From Candidatus Limnocylindrales bacterium (GTDB lineage: Bacteria > Chloroflexota > Limnocylindria > Limnocylindrales > CSP1-4): a stretch of 36,593 nt of DNA. The position numbers and the translations under genes are program-made. The stretch spans positions 1-36,593 of the forward strand of contig JBBSOS010000001.1 in assembly GCA_038259505.1 (NCBI GenBank), written 5' to 3'. Each line of letters begins with the position of its first letter. The first letter of the stretch is position 1. Below are positions 24,538-33,969 of this stretch, piece by piece. The notes beneath the pieces were generated by a model. That model was not told the DNA's origin. It was given only the letters and a program-made list of their open reading frames with translations, and did no database searches.

Positions 24538-25836
24538 CTAGCCGCCGGGGGCGCTAGAGGTGCCGGTGGCGCCGTGAGCGAGAGGGGCACCGTGAGCGAG
24601 AGGGGCGCCAGGAGCGCCGATGGCGATGCGGGTCGAGGACGGCGACACGTGTGGCCAGCGGAGCAACAGGTCGTCGAGCAGGAGCTCCGGGCTGGCATAG
24701 GCGTCGATGGCGGCAGTTGCGCCATCGAGACGGTCAAGGAAGGCGACCAGCCTGCTGATGTCCGTGTGTGCCGCCGCCGCGTCCAGCTCCTCGAGCAGGT
24801 CGATCTGGCGGATCTCCCGTCTGGCGCCAGCGGCGACCGTCGCGAGGTCGCGGCCGACCTCGCGCCAGACCGAGAGGATGCGCCGCGCCGCGCGCCGGCG
24901 CTCGGCTGGCTGTGGCCGGGTCGACCTCGAAGGTGCCGACCTCGCTGCGCGACGACTCGTGGGTGGCGTTGCGGAGGTCGCCCTACTCGCGGCGGCCGGT
25001 CCCGCATCCCCATCATCATTCGGCTCGACCAGCAGCTCCCGGTCGAGCGCCGCATCCAGCATCGCGCCATCTGCCATGAGGGAAGCCGCGGCATCGAGCC
25101 TGGTCCGTCGGTCCGCGGTCAGCAGGTCGGTCAACTGCCGCGCGAGTCGGGCACGCACGATGAGCGCGTCGGGCGACCGGGCAAGCGCGATCGCGACCCC
25201 CGGGAGTCCCGCCGAAGCAGTCGCAAGGCTCGTGGATCGTGATGCATCGGCGAGACCGCGGGCGACCAGCAGCGCGGCGACGTCGGAGGTCGGCACAGGC
25301 CCCAGCCGGAACCGGGCCGACCGGCTGGCCACCGTCGGCAGGATCGTCGCCGCATCGTCGGCGCACAGCACGATGCACGCCGCACCGACCGGTTCCTCGA
25401 GCGTCTTGAGGAGCGCGTTCTGGGCGTCCGGGTTGAGCCTGTGGGCCCCCTCGATGATGGCGACCCGGACACGGCCTTCCATGGGCAGCAACGCCAACTC
25501 GCCCACGAGTGCCTGGACCTGACCGATGCGGATCTGTTCGCCGGCACCCTCCGGGCGGAGGTGGTGCAGATCGGGATGATTAGCGTGGCCAACTTTGCGG
25601 CAGGCCGGACACATCCGACACGGCCGTGCGACCACATCCTGGTGCCCACACAGGAGCCCCGCCGCGAGATCCATCGCGAGCGTGGTCTTGCCCACCGCCC
25701 TGGGCCCGACGAGCAGGATCGCGTGCGGTGCCCGACCCTGCTCGATGAAGCGCCGCACAGCCGCGGACGCCAGTGGGTGGCCGCGGGTCAGCAGGCCTGC
25801 ACGGGCGTCTGGTCGGGTGAGGGACTCAGCCTTCAC
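24538..25836 (-). CDS. holB: DNA polymerase III subunit delta' (HolB) with an extended Ala/Arg-rich C-terminal region
   Basis: Motifs seen: HAILLVGPRAVGKTTLAMDLAAGLLC...CRMCPACRKVGHANHPDLHHL...AHRLNPDAQNALLKTLEEP...TILPTVASRSARFRL. GTG start 25836 overlaps the NYN gene stop by 11 nt. Confidence 0.88.
   Translation of the reverse strand: MKAESLTRPDARAGLLTRGHPLASAAVRRFIEQGRAPHAILLVGPRAVGKTTLAMDLAAGLLCGHQDVVARPCRMCPACRKVGHANHPDLHHLRPEGAGEQIRIGQVQALVGELALLPMEGRVRVAIIEGAHRLNPDAQNALLKTLEEPVGAACIVLCADDAATILPTVASRSARFRLGPVPTSDVAALLVARGLADASRSTSLATASAGLPGVAIALARSPDALIVRARLARQLTDLLTADRRTRLDAAASLMADGAMLDAALDRELLVEPNDDGDAGPAAASRATSATPPTSRRAARSAPSRSTRPQPAERRRAARRILSVWREVGRDLATVAAGARREIRQIDLLEELDAAAAHTDISRLVAFLDRLDGATAAIDAYASPELLLDDLLLRWPHVSPSSTRIAIGAPGAPLAHGAPLAHGATGTSSAPGG
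24572..24607 (-). repeat. 18-nt tandem duplication inside the holB 3' end (encodes GAPLAH x2)
   Basis: CCGTGAGCGAGAGGGGCA at 24572-24589 is followed by CCGTGAGCGAGAGGGGCG at 24590-24607. Confidence 0.85.
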
Positions 25837-27985
25837 CCGACTCTGCGGCGGCCGACTTGGTCGTCTTGCGACGGGTCGCCTTGGGCGCCGGCGCTGACGC
25901 GGCCTCCGCCGGGGTGTCGGCCGCTCCAGCCGTGGTCGTGGATCGCGCGGGGGACTTGGTCGCCTTGGCAGCCCGGGACGCCTTCGCCTGCGGCTCGGAT
26001 GCAGCCTCGGTCACGCCTGCGACCGGTGACTCCTTGGCGGCTGAAACAGTCGAGTCCTTGGCTGCGGTGGCCCTCGTCCGGGCGCGGGCCGGTGCCTTGG
26101 CGGCCGGTGCGCTCGCCTCGGTCGCCGCCGGCTCGGACGCCGCGGATGCGGTCGTCTCGGGCGCCGCGGCCTTGGTCCGTGGCTTGCGTGCAGGTGCCTT
26201 CACGGCCTCGACCGGCTGCTCGGCGACTGCGGTCGCGTCCGGTCGCGTGGCCTCGTCGGCCACAGCCTTGGGGGCCCGTCGAGGGCGACCCGTCGACGAG
26301 CTGGGCGTGCTCTCCCGGGTGGCTGTCTCTGGTTGCGGCCGGGCACTCGGCGTCTTGCGCGCCAACTCGGCGCGAAGCATCTCCTGCACGTCGGCGGGCA
26401 CCTCGCTCCAGGGTTCGGTCGACACGGTTGGGCGCTCGATCCGCTCCCGAGGCTCGGCACTCACCGGCCGCGGCTGTCGTGTGGGCGCCGGAGCCCGACC
26501 CCCCTGACCGCTCCGATCGCGGGCCGGTTGACGGTCGCGCTGTGCGCTGCCAGCTCCGGCGCCTGGGCCACCGAAACCGCCCGAACCGGCGCTGCCGCCG
26601 CGGCCATACCGCTCACGATCGACAGCCGAGCGATAGCCCGACGCCTGACCGCCGCGATTGCCGGGTGCGCCCCGGCCTGAACGCTGGTCACGACCACCGC
26701 GGCCGCGCCCACCCTGTTGTCGGCGCTCGGCCAGCAGGTACTCTGGGACCTCCGGCTCGTCGTCGTATCCCTCCTGGTCATCCGCGCTGGGCACGGCACT
26801 CACGACGGCAGGTGCGGTGCCCAATTGTCGTTCCCACACTGAGCCGAACGTGGAATGCTGGGGCAGCGTGGAGACTTCCTCTTCGAGGTAGTCGTCCTCG
26901 ATGTCGATCGGATCGACGGTGTCGACAGGCACGTGCGAGGCTGTGACGGTCACAGGAGTCTCGCCCGGTTCGCCGCCATCGGTGGAGGTGCCCTCACCCT
27001 CACCGCGTCGGCCCCGGCCCCGGCCGCGGCCGCCCCGGCGTCGCCGCCGCCGGCGACCCTCGCCATCCCCCTCGCCATCACCCTCACCGTCGGCCTCGAG
27101 GCCCTCGGTGAGCGCAGCAGCGGTCTCGAGCCCCTCGGCGACCGGAGCGACCGTCCCGGCCTCGAACTCGACCGCTTCCGCGTATCCCTCGGTCTCCTCG
27201 CCGATGTCACCAGCAGCGGCGCGGGACAGGCGCTCGCCAGGCATCGCGATGACGTTGCCCGTAACGGCCCCCGGCAGCTCATCCGTACTGGGCACCGGAC
27301 GCGGACCCCGGGAGCCACGCTCCGGGCGCTCGACGCGGACCGGGCGTTCGGTGCGCTCGCCACGGTCGGGTCGCTCGGCGCGATCCGGGCGCTCGGTGCG
27401 CCGGCCCTCCCCGCGTCGCCGCCTGACGCCGTTGTCGGTCTCCTTCTCGGGCACGGCCGTCATGGACAGGTCGTCCTCGGCGGCGACTCGTCGGCCGCTG
27501 CGCTCACCCTTCTCGACGCGCGCGAGCTGCGAGATGTCCGTGAACACATCGGCGACCTCGATCAGGTCGCTGCTCGTGTTGCCACGGAAGCTGACCACCT
27601 CGACCCGGACGCCCAGTTGCTGGACAGCACGGATGGCGGGCGCGAAGTCACCGTCGCCCGAGACGACCACGGCGATATCGATGTGCTGGGCCATGCGCAT
27701 CATGTCCACGACGAGCTCGATGTCCAGGTTCGCCTTGATGCGCCCGTCGCCGTACTTGCGGATGTCCTTGCTGATGACCTTGTAGCCGCTGCGGCCAAGG
27801 AACGCATGGAACTGCCGCTGGTTCTCATTCTCCGGGTCCAGACCGGTGTAGGCGTACGCACGGACGAGGTCTCGTCCGGCGCTCGACGCCTTGAGGAGGG
27901 TGACGTAGTCGATGTCCACGCCCGCGGCCTTGGCCGCATAGAAGATGTTCGCGACGTCCACGAAGACGGCGACGTTCTTGCTCAC
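25826..27985 (-). CDS. NYN (LabA/DUF88, PIN-like) domain protein with a ~550-aa intrinsically disordered Arg/Gly/Glu/Pro/Ala-rich tail
   Basis: GTG 27985 is preceded by AGGAG 7 nt upstream. The NYN core reads NVAVFVDVANIFYAAK...AYAYTG...KANLDIELVVDMM...IAVVVSGDGDFAPAIRAVQQLGVRVEVVSF. The remainder is low complexity: ERPDRAERPDRGERTERPVRVERPERG, GEGDGEGDGEGRRRRRRRGGRGRGRGRRGEGEG, GGRGRGGRDQRSGRGAPGNRGGQASGYRS, and a long Ala/Pro/Thr/Lys tract. Confidence 0.85.
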   Translation of the reverse strand: MSKNVAVFVDVANIFYAAKAAGVDIDYVTLLKASSAGRDLVRAYAYTGLDPENENQRQFHAFLGRSGYKVISKDIRKYGDGRIKANLDIELVVDMMRMAQHIDIAVVVSGDGDFAPAIRAVQQLGVRVEVVSFRGNTSSDLIEVADVFTDISQLARVEKGERSGRRVAAEDDLSMTAVPEKETDNGVRRRRGEGRRTERPDRAERPDRGERTERPVRVERPERGSRGPRPVPSTDELPGAVTGNVIAMPGERLSRAAAGDIGEETEGYAEAVEFEAGTVAPVAEGLETAAALTEGLEADGEGDGEGDGEGRRRRRRRGGRGRGRGRRGEGEGTSTDGGEPGETPVTVTASHVPVDTVDPIDIEDDYLEEEVSTLPQHSTFGSVWERQLGTAPAVVSAVPSADDQEGYDDEPEVPEYLLAERRQQGGRGRGGRDQRSGRGAPGNRGGQASGYRSAVDRERYGRGGSAGSGGFGGPGAGAGSAQRDRQPARDRSGQGGRAPAPTRQPRPVSAEPRERIERPTVSTEPWSEVPADVQEMLRAELARKTPSARPQPETATRESTPSSSTGRPRRAPKAVADEATRPDATAVAEQPVEAVKAPARKPRTKAAAPETTASAASEPAATEASAPAAKAPARARTRATAAKDSTVSAAKESPVAGVTEAASEPQAKASRAAKATKSPARSTTTAGAADTPAEAASAPAPKATRRKTTKSAAAESGEG

Positions 27986-28546
27986 GCAGGACTCCTGTGC
28001 GCTGCGATGGCGAACCTCCGCCGGTGGCGGGGATCGCACGGATCGGTATGGAGCGGGGCTCGATGCCGTCGATGGTTGTCATCCACGAACGTAGGCGTAT
28101 CCCTGTGGCTCCTGATGGGCGCTCCGATGAAGCGCACCACATGACGTCCCTGGCAGCCGCGGCTCCGCCCGATGCAGGGTCGGCGACCCGCTCGCCTGAT
28201 GGGCCTCGGCGACGCTCCGAGCGCGCCGCACCGGGTGATCGCAGGACCCTGATGGGGATCACTGCCCGCACACGTCCCGGGGCGCTCGGACGTCTTGCAT
28301 TCGAGACGTCGATGACTATCATACGCGAACGCGTCGACAGCCACGCAGACGCATCTGGTCGTTCGTGGCCGTTCCAGCATCCGCCGGAATCAGGAGGAGG
28401 TTCCCCGGGGACGTGACCCAGTGCGGGTCACGACGTCGGTTACCCCTGTTCTGCGTTCCTTCGGACCACCGGAGCGGTCGTGGGCGCCGAGACGTCCGTT
28501 CGTGGCGGACCTGACGGATCAGGCAATCAGGAGGAAAGAGGAACAC

Positions 28547-29854
28547 ATGAAGTTGAGGAATCTCGGCGTGCTCGGTGCAGCGGGCCTGCTCGCTGTGAGC
28601 ACCGCCGTACCCGCATTCGCGCAGGACAAGGGGACGCTCAAGATCGGCGTCGATCTGCCGCTCTCCGGTGGTGAGGTCGCCAACGGCCAGCCCACCCTGA
28701 ACGGCATCCTGCTTGCCATCGCACAGGCCAACGAGGCCGGTGGCGTCGGCGGCTACACGATGGACTCCAACGTCCAGGACGACGCGGTCAACGGCGCCCA
28801 CGATCCGAACCAGGGCGCCACCAACGCTGCGACCCTGGTCGCTGACGCAGACGTCGTGGGCATGGTGGGTGCATTCAACTCGAACGTGTCCCGGGCCATC
28901 ATCCCGGTCACCAACGAGGCCGGGCTGGCCCAGTGCAGCCCCTCCAACACCGGCGTGGACCTGACCAAGGAAGGGTCCGAGGCATACCGCCCGGCCAACC
29001 CCGACGTGCGCAACTTCTTCCGCGTGGCCACCCCGGATGATGTCCAGGGACCCGGTCTCGCGCAGTACGCCTACAACGACCTGGGCAAGCACAAGGCGAT
29101 GGTCGTCGACGACACCGAGGCGTTCGGCGTCGGCGTGGCCAATGCCTTCAGCGACGAGTTCGTCAAGCTCGGTGGCGAGGTCGTCGATCGCCAGGGCAAC
29201 GACTACAGCCAGAACAAGAGCTTCGTCAACATCCTCACCGCAGCCAGCGCGCTGGGCGCCGACGTGGCGTTCTTCGGCGGCACCCAGACCACCGGTGGCG
29301 GCCAGTACCGCAAGGACATGGGCCAGCTCGGCCTCCTCGACATCCCGCTCGTCGGGCCTGACGGCATCACCGACCTGCAGCCCGGTGGCAGCGATGGTGC
29401 CTTCATCACGCTTGCCGGCGTCGAGAACTCCGGCAACGTCTTTGGTTCCGTGGCTGGCATCCATGACATCCCCGACCCTGATGCATTCGGGAACGCCTAC
29501 ACCACGATGTTCAGCGCCCCGCCAGGTGCCTACAGCGCGCTCGCCTATGCGTGCACCCAGATCCTGCTGGGTGCCATCGACAGCGCGGTCGCCGGTGGCG
29601 CATCCGATCCGGCAGCCATCCGGGAAGCGGTCCGCGCCAACGTGTTCGCTGGCCAGCAGTTCGATACCGTGCTCGGCCCGCTGAGCATCGACCCGAATGG
29701 CGACTCCAGCCAGAAGTTCCTGTCCTTCTACAAGACCGATACCACGCTCAATGACGGCGCCGGTGGCTGGGTCTTCGACAAGCAGCAGGACTTCGCGGGC
29801 ATGTTCGACAACCCAGCGGAGTCCATGGCTCCGACGGAGTCGGCGGCCCCCTAA
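28547..29854 (+). CDS. livJ: Branched-chain amino acid ABC transporter substrate-binding protein (LivJ/LivK family)
   Basis: An AGGAGGAAAGAGG RBS precedes ATG 28547. The signal peptide is MKLRNLGVLGAAGLLAVSTAVPAFAQ. Motifs seen: LKIGVDLPLSGGEVANGQP..NGILLAIAQANEAGGVGG...VVGMVGAFNSNVS... Confidence 0.92.
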   Translation: MKLRNLGVLGAAGLLAVSTAVPAFAQDKGTLKIGVDLPLSGGEVANGQPTLNGILLAIAQANEAGGVGGYTMDSNVQDDAVNGAHDPNQGATNAATLVADADVVGMVGAFNSNVSRAIIPVTNEAGLAQCSPSNTGVDLTKEGSEAYRPANPDVRNFFRVATPDDVQGPGLAQYAYNDLGKHKAMVVDDTEAFGVGVANAFSDEFVKLGGEVVDRQGNDYSQNKSFVNILTAASALGADVAFFGGTQTTGGGQYRKDMGQLGLLDIPLVGPDGITDLQPGGSDGAFITLAGVENSGNVFGSVAGIHDIPDPDAFGNAYTTMFSAPPGAYSALAYACTQILLGAIDSAVAGGASDPAAIREAVRANVFAGQQFDTVLGPLSIDPNGDSSQKFLSFYKTDTTLNDGAGGWVFDKQQDFAGMFDNPAESMAPTESAAP

Positions 29855-29867
29855 CCAGTCGACAGAG

Positions 29868-29903
29868 CGACGAAGCCGGGGACATCGCGCCCCGGCTTCG
29901 TCG
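29868..29903 (+). terminator. Strong intercistronic hairpin between livJ and livH (attenuator or partial terminator, no U-tract)
   Basis: CGACGAAGCCGGGG-ACATCGCG-CCCCGGCTTCGTCG forms a 14-bp stem 14 nt after the livJ stop. No T-run follows. Confidence 0.4.
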
Positions 29904-29958
29904 TACCCACAAGCGGCTCCCCAGGAGCCGCACTTGACATCCATCATGGAGGGCGGGG

Positions 29959-30891
29959 TTGGATCCACAGACCGTCGCGACCCTCACGCAGCAGTTCTTC
30001 AACGCGCTCACGTTCGGCGGCATCTATGCCCTGATCGCGCTCGGGTACACGATGGTCTACGGCATCATCGAGCTCATCAACTTCGCGCACGGCGACGTGT
30101 TCATGGTGGGCGCCTTCGTCTCCATGTCCGTCATCGTGGGCATGGGCTTCACCGGTGCCATCAACGATCCGGTCACCCTGCTGTTCGTGCTCGTAGTCGC
30201 CTTCGGCGTGACCATGCCGCTGATGGGACTGCTGGGCGTCGGTATCGAGCGGTTCGCCTATCGACCACTCCGGAACGCTCCCCGGCTCGCGCCGCTCATC
30301 ACGGCCATCGGCGTCTCGTTCATCCTCCAGAACGTCATCCAGATCATCTACGGTCCGTCGCCCAAGTCGACGCCCCAGATCATCCCGTTCACCGCGCGGT
30401 TCGAGCTGTTCGGGGCCAGCATCGCCTGGATCAGCGTCTTCATCTTCGCCGTGACCGTGATCCTGACCCTTGGCCTCTCCTTGTTCGTGGCGCGTTCGCG
30501 GCTGGGGCGCGCGATGCGCTCCACGGCCCAGGATCGTGAGGCGGCCCAGCTCATGGGCGTCAACATCAACACCACCATCGCCCTGACGTTCTTCCTGGGA
30601 TCGGCACTCGCGGGTGCTGCGGGAGTCGTCTACGGCATGAGCATCGGCACCATCTCGTTCGCCCTTGGCTTCAGTGCCGGCCTCAAGGCCTTCACCGCGG
30701 CCGTGCTGGGCGGTATCGGCAACCTCACCGGCGCCGTGCTGGGTGGCTTCCTCATCGGATTCCTGGAGGTCGCGGCAGCCCAACTGGGTTACGCCAGTTG
30801 GTCGGAGGCGATCACGTTCGGGGTCCTGGTCCTGGTGCTGGTATTCCGGCCATCGGGACTCCTCGGTCAGCCGTTGGGAGAGCGGGCATGA
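29959..30891 (+). CDS. livH: Branched-chain amino acid ABC transporter permease (LivH type)
   Basis: The sequence reads TLTQQFFNALTFGGIYALIALGYTMVYGIIELINFAHGDVFMVGAF...STAQDREAAQLMGVN.... The start is TTG, with GGAGGG upstream. Confidence 0.92.
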   Translation: MDPQTVATLTQQFFNALTFGGIYALIALGYTMVYGIIELINFAHGDVFMVGAFVSMSVIVGMGFTGAINDPVTLLFVLVVAFGVTMPLMGLLGVGIERFAYRPLRNAPRLAPLITAIGVSFILQNVIQIIYGPSPKSTPQIIPFTARFELFGASIAWISVFIFAVTVILTLGLSLFVARSRLGRAMRSTAQDREAAQLMGVNINTTIALTFFLGSALAGAAGVVYGMSIGTISFALGFSAGLKAFTAAVLGGIGNLTGAVLGGFLIGFLEVAAAQLGYASWSEAITFGVLVLVLVFRPSGLLGQPLGERA

Positions 30892-32099
30892 GCGCACAGG
30901 CGGCGCCCCTGAACGGCGGTCGGATCAGCCGCGGCGGCGTCAGGGGGCCGATCGGGGCGTTCACGTCCCGGCATCGCTCGATCACCATCATCCTGGGCAT
31001 GGCGCTCGTCACAGCCCTGCTCCCGCTCATCGTGACCCTTCCACCGCTCAGCGGGTTCAGCGCCCAGACGGTCTGGATCGACAGCTTCTCGAAGGCAGGC
31101 ATCTTCGTGCTGCTCGCCCTGGGCCTGAACGTGGTCGTGGGCATGGCCGGCTTGCTGGACCTGGGGTATGCGGCGTTCTTCGCGATCGGCGCCTACACAT
31201 ATGCGTACGGCGCCTCGACCTTCACCGACCTGCACGTGCCGTTCTGGATCCTGCTGCCCATCGGGGCGGTCGTGGCCGCCGTGTTCGGCATCCTGCTGGG
31301 CGCTCCCACGCTCCGATTGCGGGGCGACTACCTGGCCATCGTGACCCTTGGCTTCGGCGAGATCGTGCCCATCGTGTTCAAGAATGCGAGTACCTGGACC
31401 AACGGCACCAACGGCATCGCAGGCATCGACCGACCGCTCGTGCCGGGTATGGACTGCATGCCGGCCGCCGGACAGGCCCTGTGCTTCGGTGGCACCGCCC
31501 CCGTGCCCTACTACGTCGTGATGGCCGTGCTCATCACGCTGGTGCTCATCGTGCTGTACCGGCTCCAGGATTCCCGCCTGGGTCGGTCGTGGCAGGCCAT
31601 CCGCGAGGACGAGCTGGCCGCGGCCAGCAACGGCGTGAACACGGTCACGACCAAGTTGCTCGCGTTCGCCCTGGGTGCTTCGACCGCAGGCCTGGCAGGC
31701 GTCTTCGGTGCCTCCAAGCTGGTGTTCGTGTCACCTGACCAGTTCCTGTTCCAGGTGTCGTTCACGGTCCTGGCGATGGTCGTCCTCGGTGGACTCGGCA
31801 ACATGTGGGGCGTCGCCCTCGGTGCATTCATCATCTACATGATCCAGAACGTGTTCCTCAAGCAGCTCAACAACTTCTTCGACGGATTCCACGTGCCCAT
31901 CCTGAGTGATATCGACTTCCTGCAATATCAGTTCCTGCTGTATGGCGTCGCTCTGGTGGGCATGATGCTGCTGCGACCCGAAGGTCTGTTCCCCAGTCGT
32001 CGTCGGGCAGCCGAATTGCATACCTCCGCCGACCTGGCCGGCTCGGATACCGAGGGTCCCGACCCCCTGGGCCCGGAGGGGCGCGGTGACGAGGCATGA
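30888..32099 (+). CDS. livM: Branched-chain amino acid ABC transporter permease (LivM type)
   Basis: The start shows an ATGA overlap with the livH stop. Motifs seen: GLNVVVGMAGLLDLGYAAFFAIGAYTYA...GAPTLRLRGDYLAIVTLGFGEI...WQAIREDELAAASNGVN. Confidence 0.92.
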   Translation: MSAQAAPLNGGRISRGGVRGPIGAFTSRHRSITIILGMALVTALLPLIVTLPPLSGFSAQTVWIDSFSKAGIFVLLALGLNVVVGMAGLLDLGYAAFFAIGAYTYAYGASTFTDLHVPFWILLPIGAVVAAVFGILLGAPTLRLRGDYLAIVTLGFGEIVPIVFKNASTWTNGTNGIAGIDRPLVPGMDCMPAAGQALCFGGTAPVPYYVVMAVLITLVLIVLYRLQDSRLGRSWQAIREDELAAASNGVNTVTTKLLAFALGASTAGLAGVFGASKLVFVSPDQFLFQVSFTVLAMVVLGGLGNMWGVALGAFIIYMIQNVFLKQLNNFFDGFHVPILSDIDFLQYQFLLYGVALVGMMLLRPEGLFPSRRRAAELHTSADLAGSDTEGPDPLGPEGRGDEA

Positions 32100-33162
32100 C
32101 CGGGCAGGCCGGGGACCCCACGACACCCGCAGCACCCGCAGGAACGCCGGCAGTCGCAGATGTCCGGGATCAGGAGGTGCTCCTCCACGCCAAGGCGATC
32201 ACCAAGCGGTTCGGCGGCCTGGTGGCCGTCAACAGCGCCGAGCTGGTCGTGCCGAAGGGGTCCATCGTGAGCCTCATCGGTCCGAACGGCGCCGGCAAGA
32301 CGACGTTCTTCAACGTGGTCGCGGGCATCCTCGACCCGACCGATGGCGAGATCACCTTCCGGGGCCGCCGGATGGTCGCCCGCCCCGAACGGGCCTGGAT
32401 CGAGCCGTTCGTGTGGTTCATCCCCGCGGTCATCGCGATCCTCGTGCTCCTGCCGCTCCAGGGCGTGCTGGCTCCCGACAACATCGAGGCACAGCTACTG
32501 GTGGCCACCGTGGCGCTGGGCGTGCTCATCGTGAGCCTGCTCATGGGCATCGTGCGCCCGCCGTGGTACGACGCGCTGCTCCACCACCTGGGCGTATTCA
32601 AGAGCGCCCGCCCGAACGATATGGCCAAGGCGGGCATCGGCCGCACCTTCCAGAACATCCGATTGTTCCAGAACATGACCGTGCTCGAGAACGTCATGGT
32701 GGGCATGCATGTGCGACTCCACAGCAACCTGCTCGACGCGGCCCTGTCGACCCCTCGCCAGGCTCGTGAGGAGGCACGGGCACGGGCACGGGCACGGGAG
32801 TTGCTGGAACTGGTCGGGCTCGGTGGCCGCGACGATGTCACGGCGCGCAATCTGCCATATGGCGACCAGCGCCGGCTGGAGATCGCACGCGCTCTCGGCG
32901 CCGAGCCGGTGCTGCTCCTGCTGGACGAGCCCACGGCGGGCATGAACCCCAACGAGACCGAGACGACGCGTCAGCTCATCGCCAAGCTGCGTGCCGAGCT
33001 GGGCCTGACCATCCTGCTCATCGAGCATGACATGCGCGTCGTCATGGGCGTCAGTGATCGGATCACGGTCCTCGATCACGGTGAGTGCATCGCGGAAGGG
33101 ACCCCCGAGGAAGTGCGCGCGGACCCCCGGGTCATCGAGGCGTACCTGGGCGCTCCCGCGGC

Positions 33163-33166
<4 letters not shown>
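32096..33166 (+). CDS. livG: Branched-chain amino acid ABC transporter ATP-binding protein (LivG type) with an internal hydrophobic insertion
   Basis: Walker A is GPNGAGKTTFFN, the Q-loop is GIGRTFQNIRLF, the signature region is YGDQRRLEIARAL and Walker B is LLLDEPTAGMNP, with the LivG-type C-terminal IEAYLG. About 78 extra residues sit between ITFRGRRM and the Q-loop. See the finding at 32375..32611. Confidence 0.9.
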
Positions 33167-33924
<758 letters not shown>

Positions 33925-33969
33925 CCTGATCGAGTCAGTCCGGTCCGTTCCTCGGGCGGGGCCGGTAGG

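Noticed and set aside
27986-28546. A hidden housekeeping RNA (RNase P RNA, tmRNA, SRP or 6S) in the long NYN-livJ spacer.
   Set aside because: On neither strand could I find the diagnostic cores: GAGGAAAGTCC for RNase P, a tRNA-like GGTTCGA...CCA end for tmRNA, or GGAA-tetraloop helix 8 for SRP. The region is kept only as an unexplained structured spacer.
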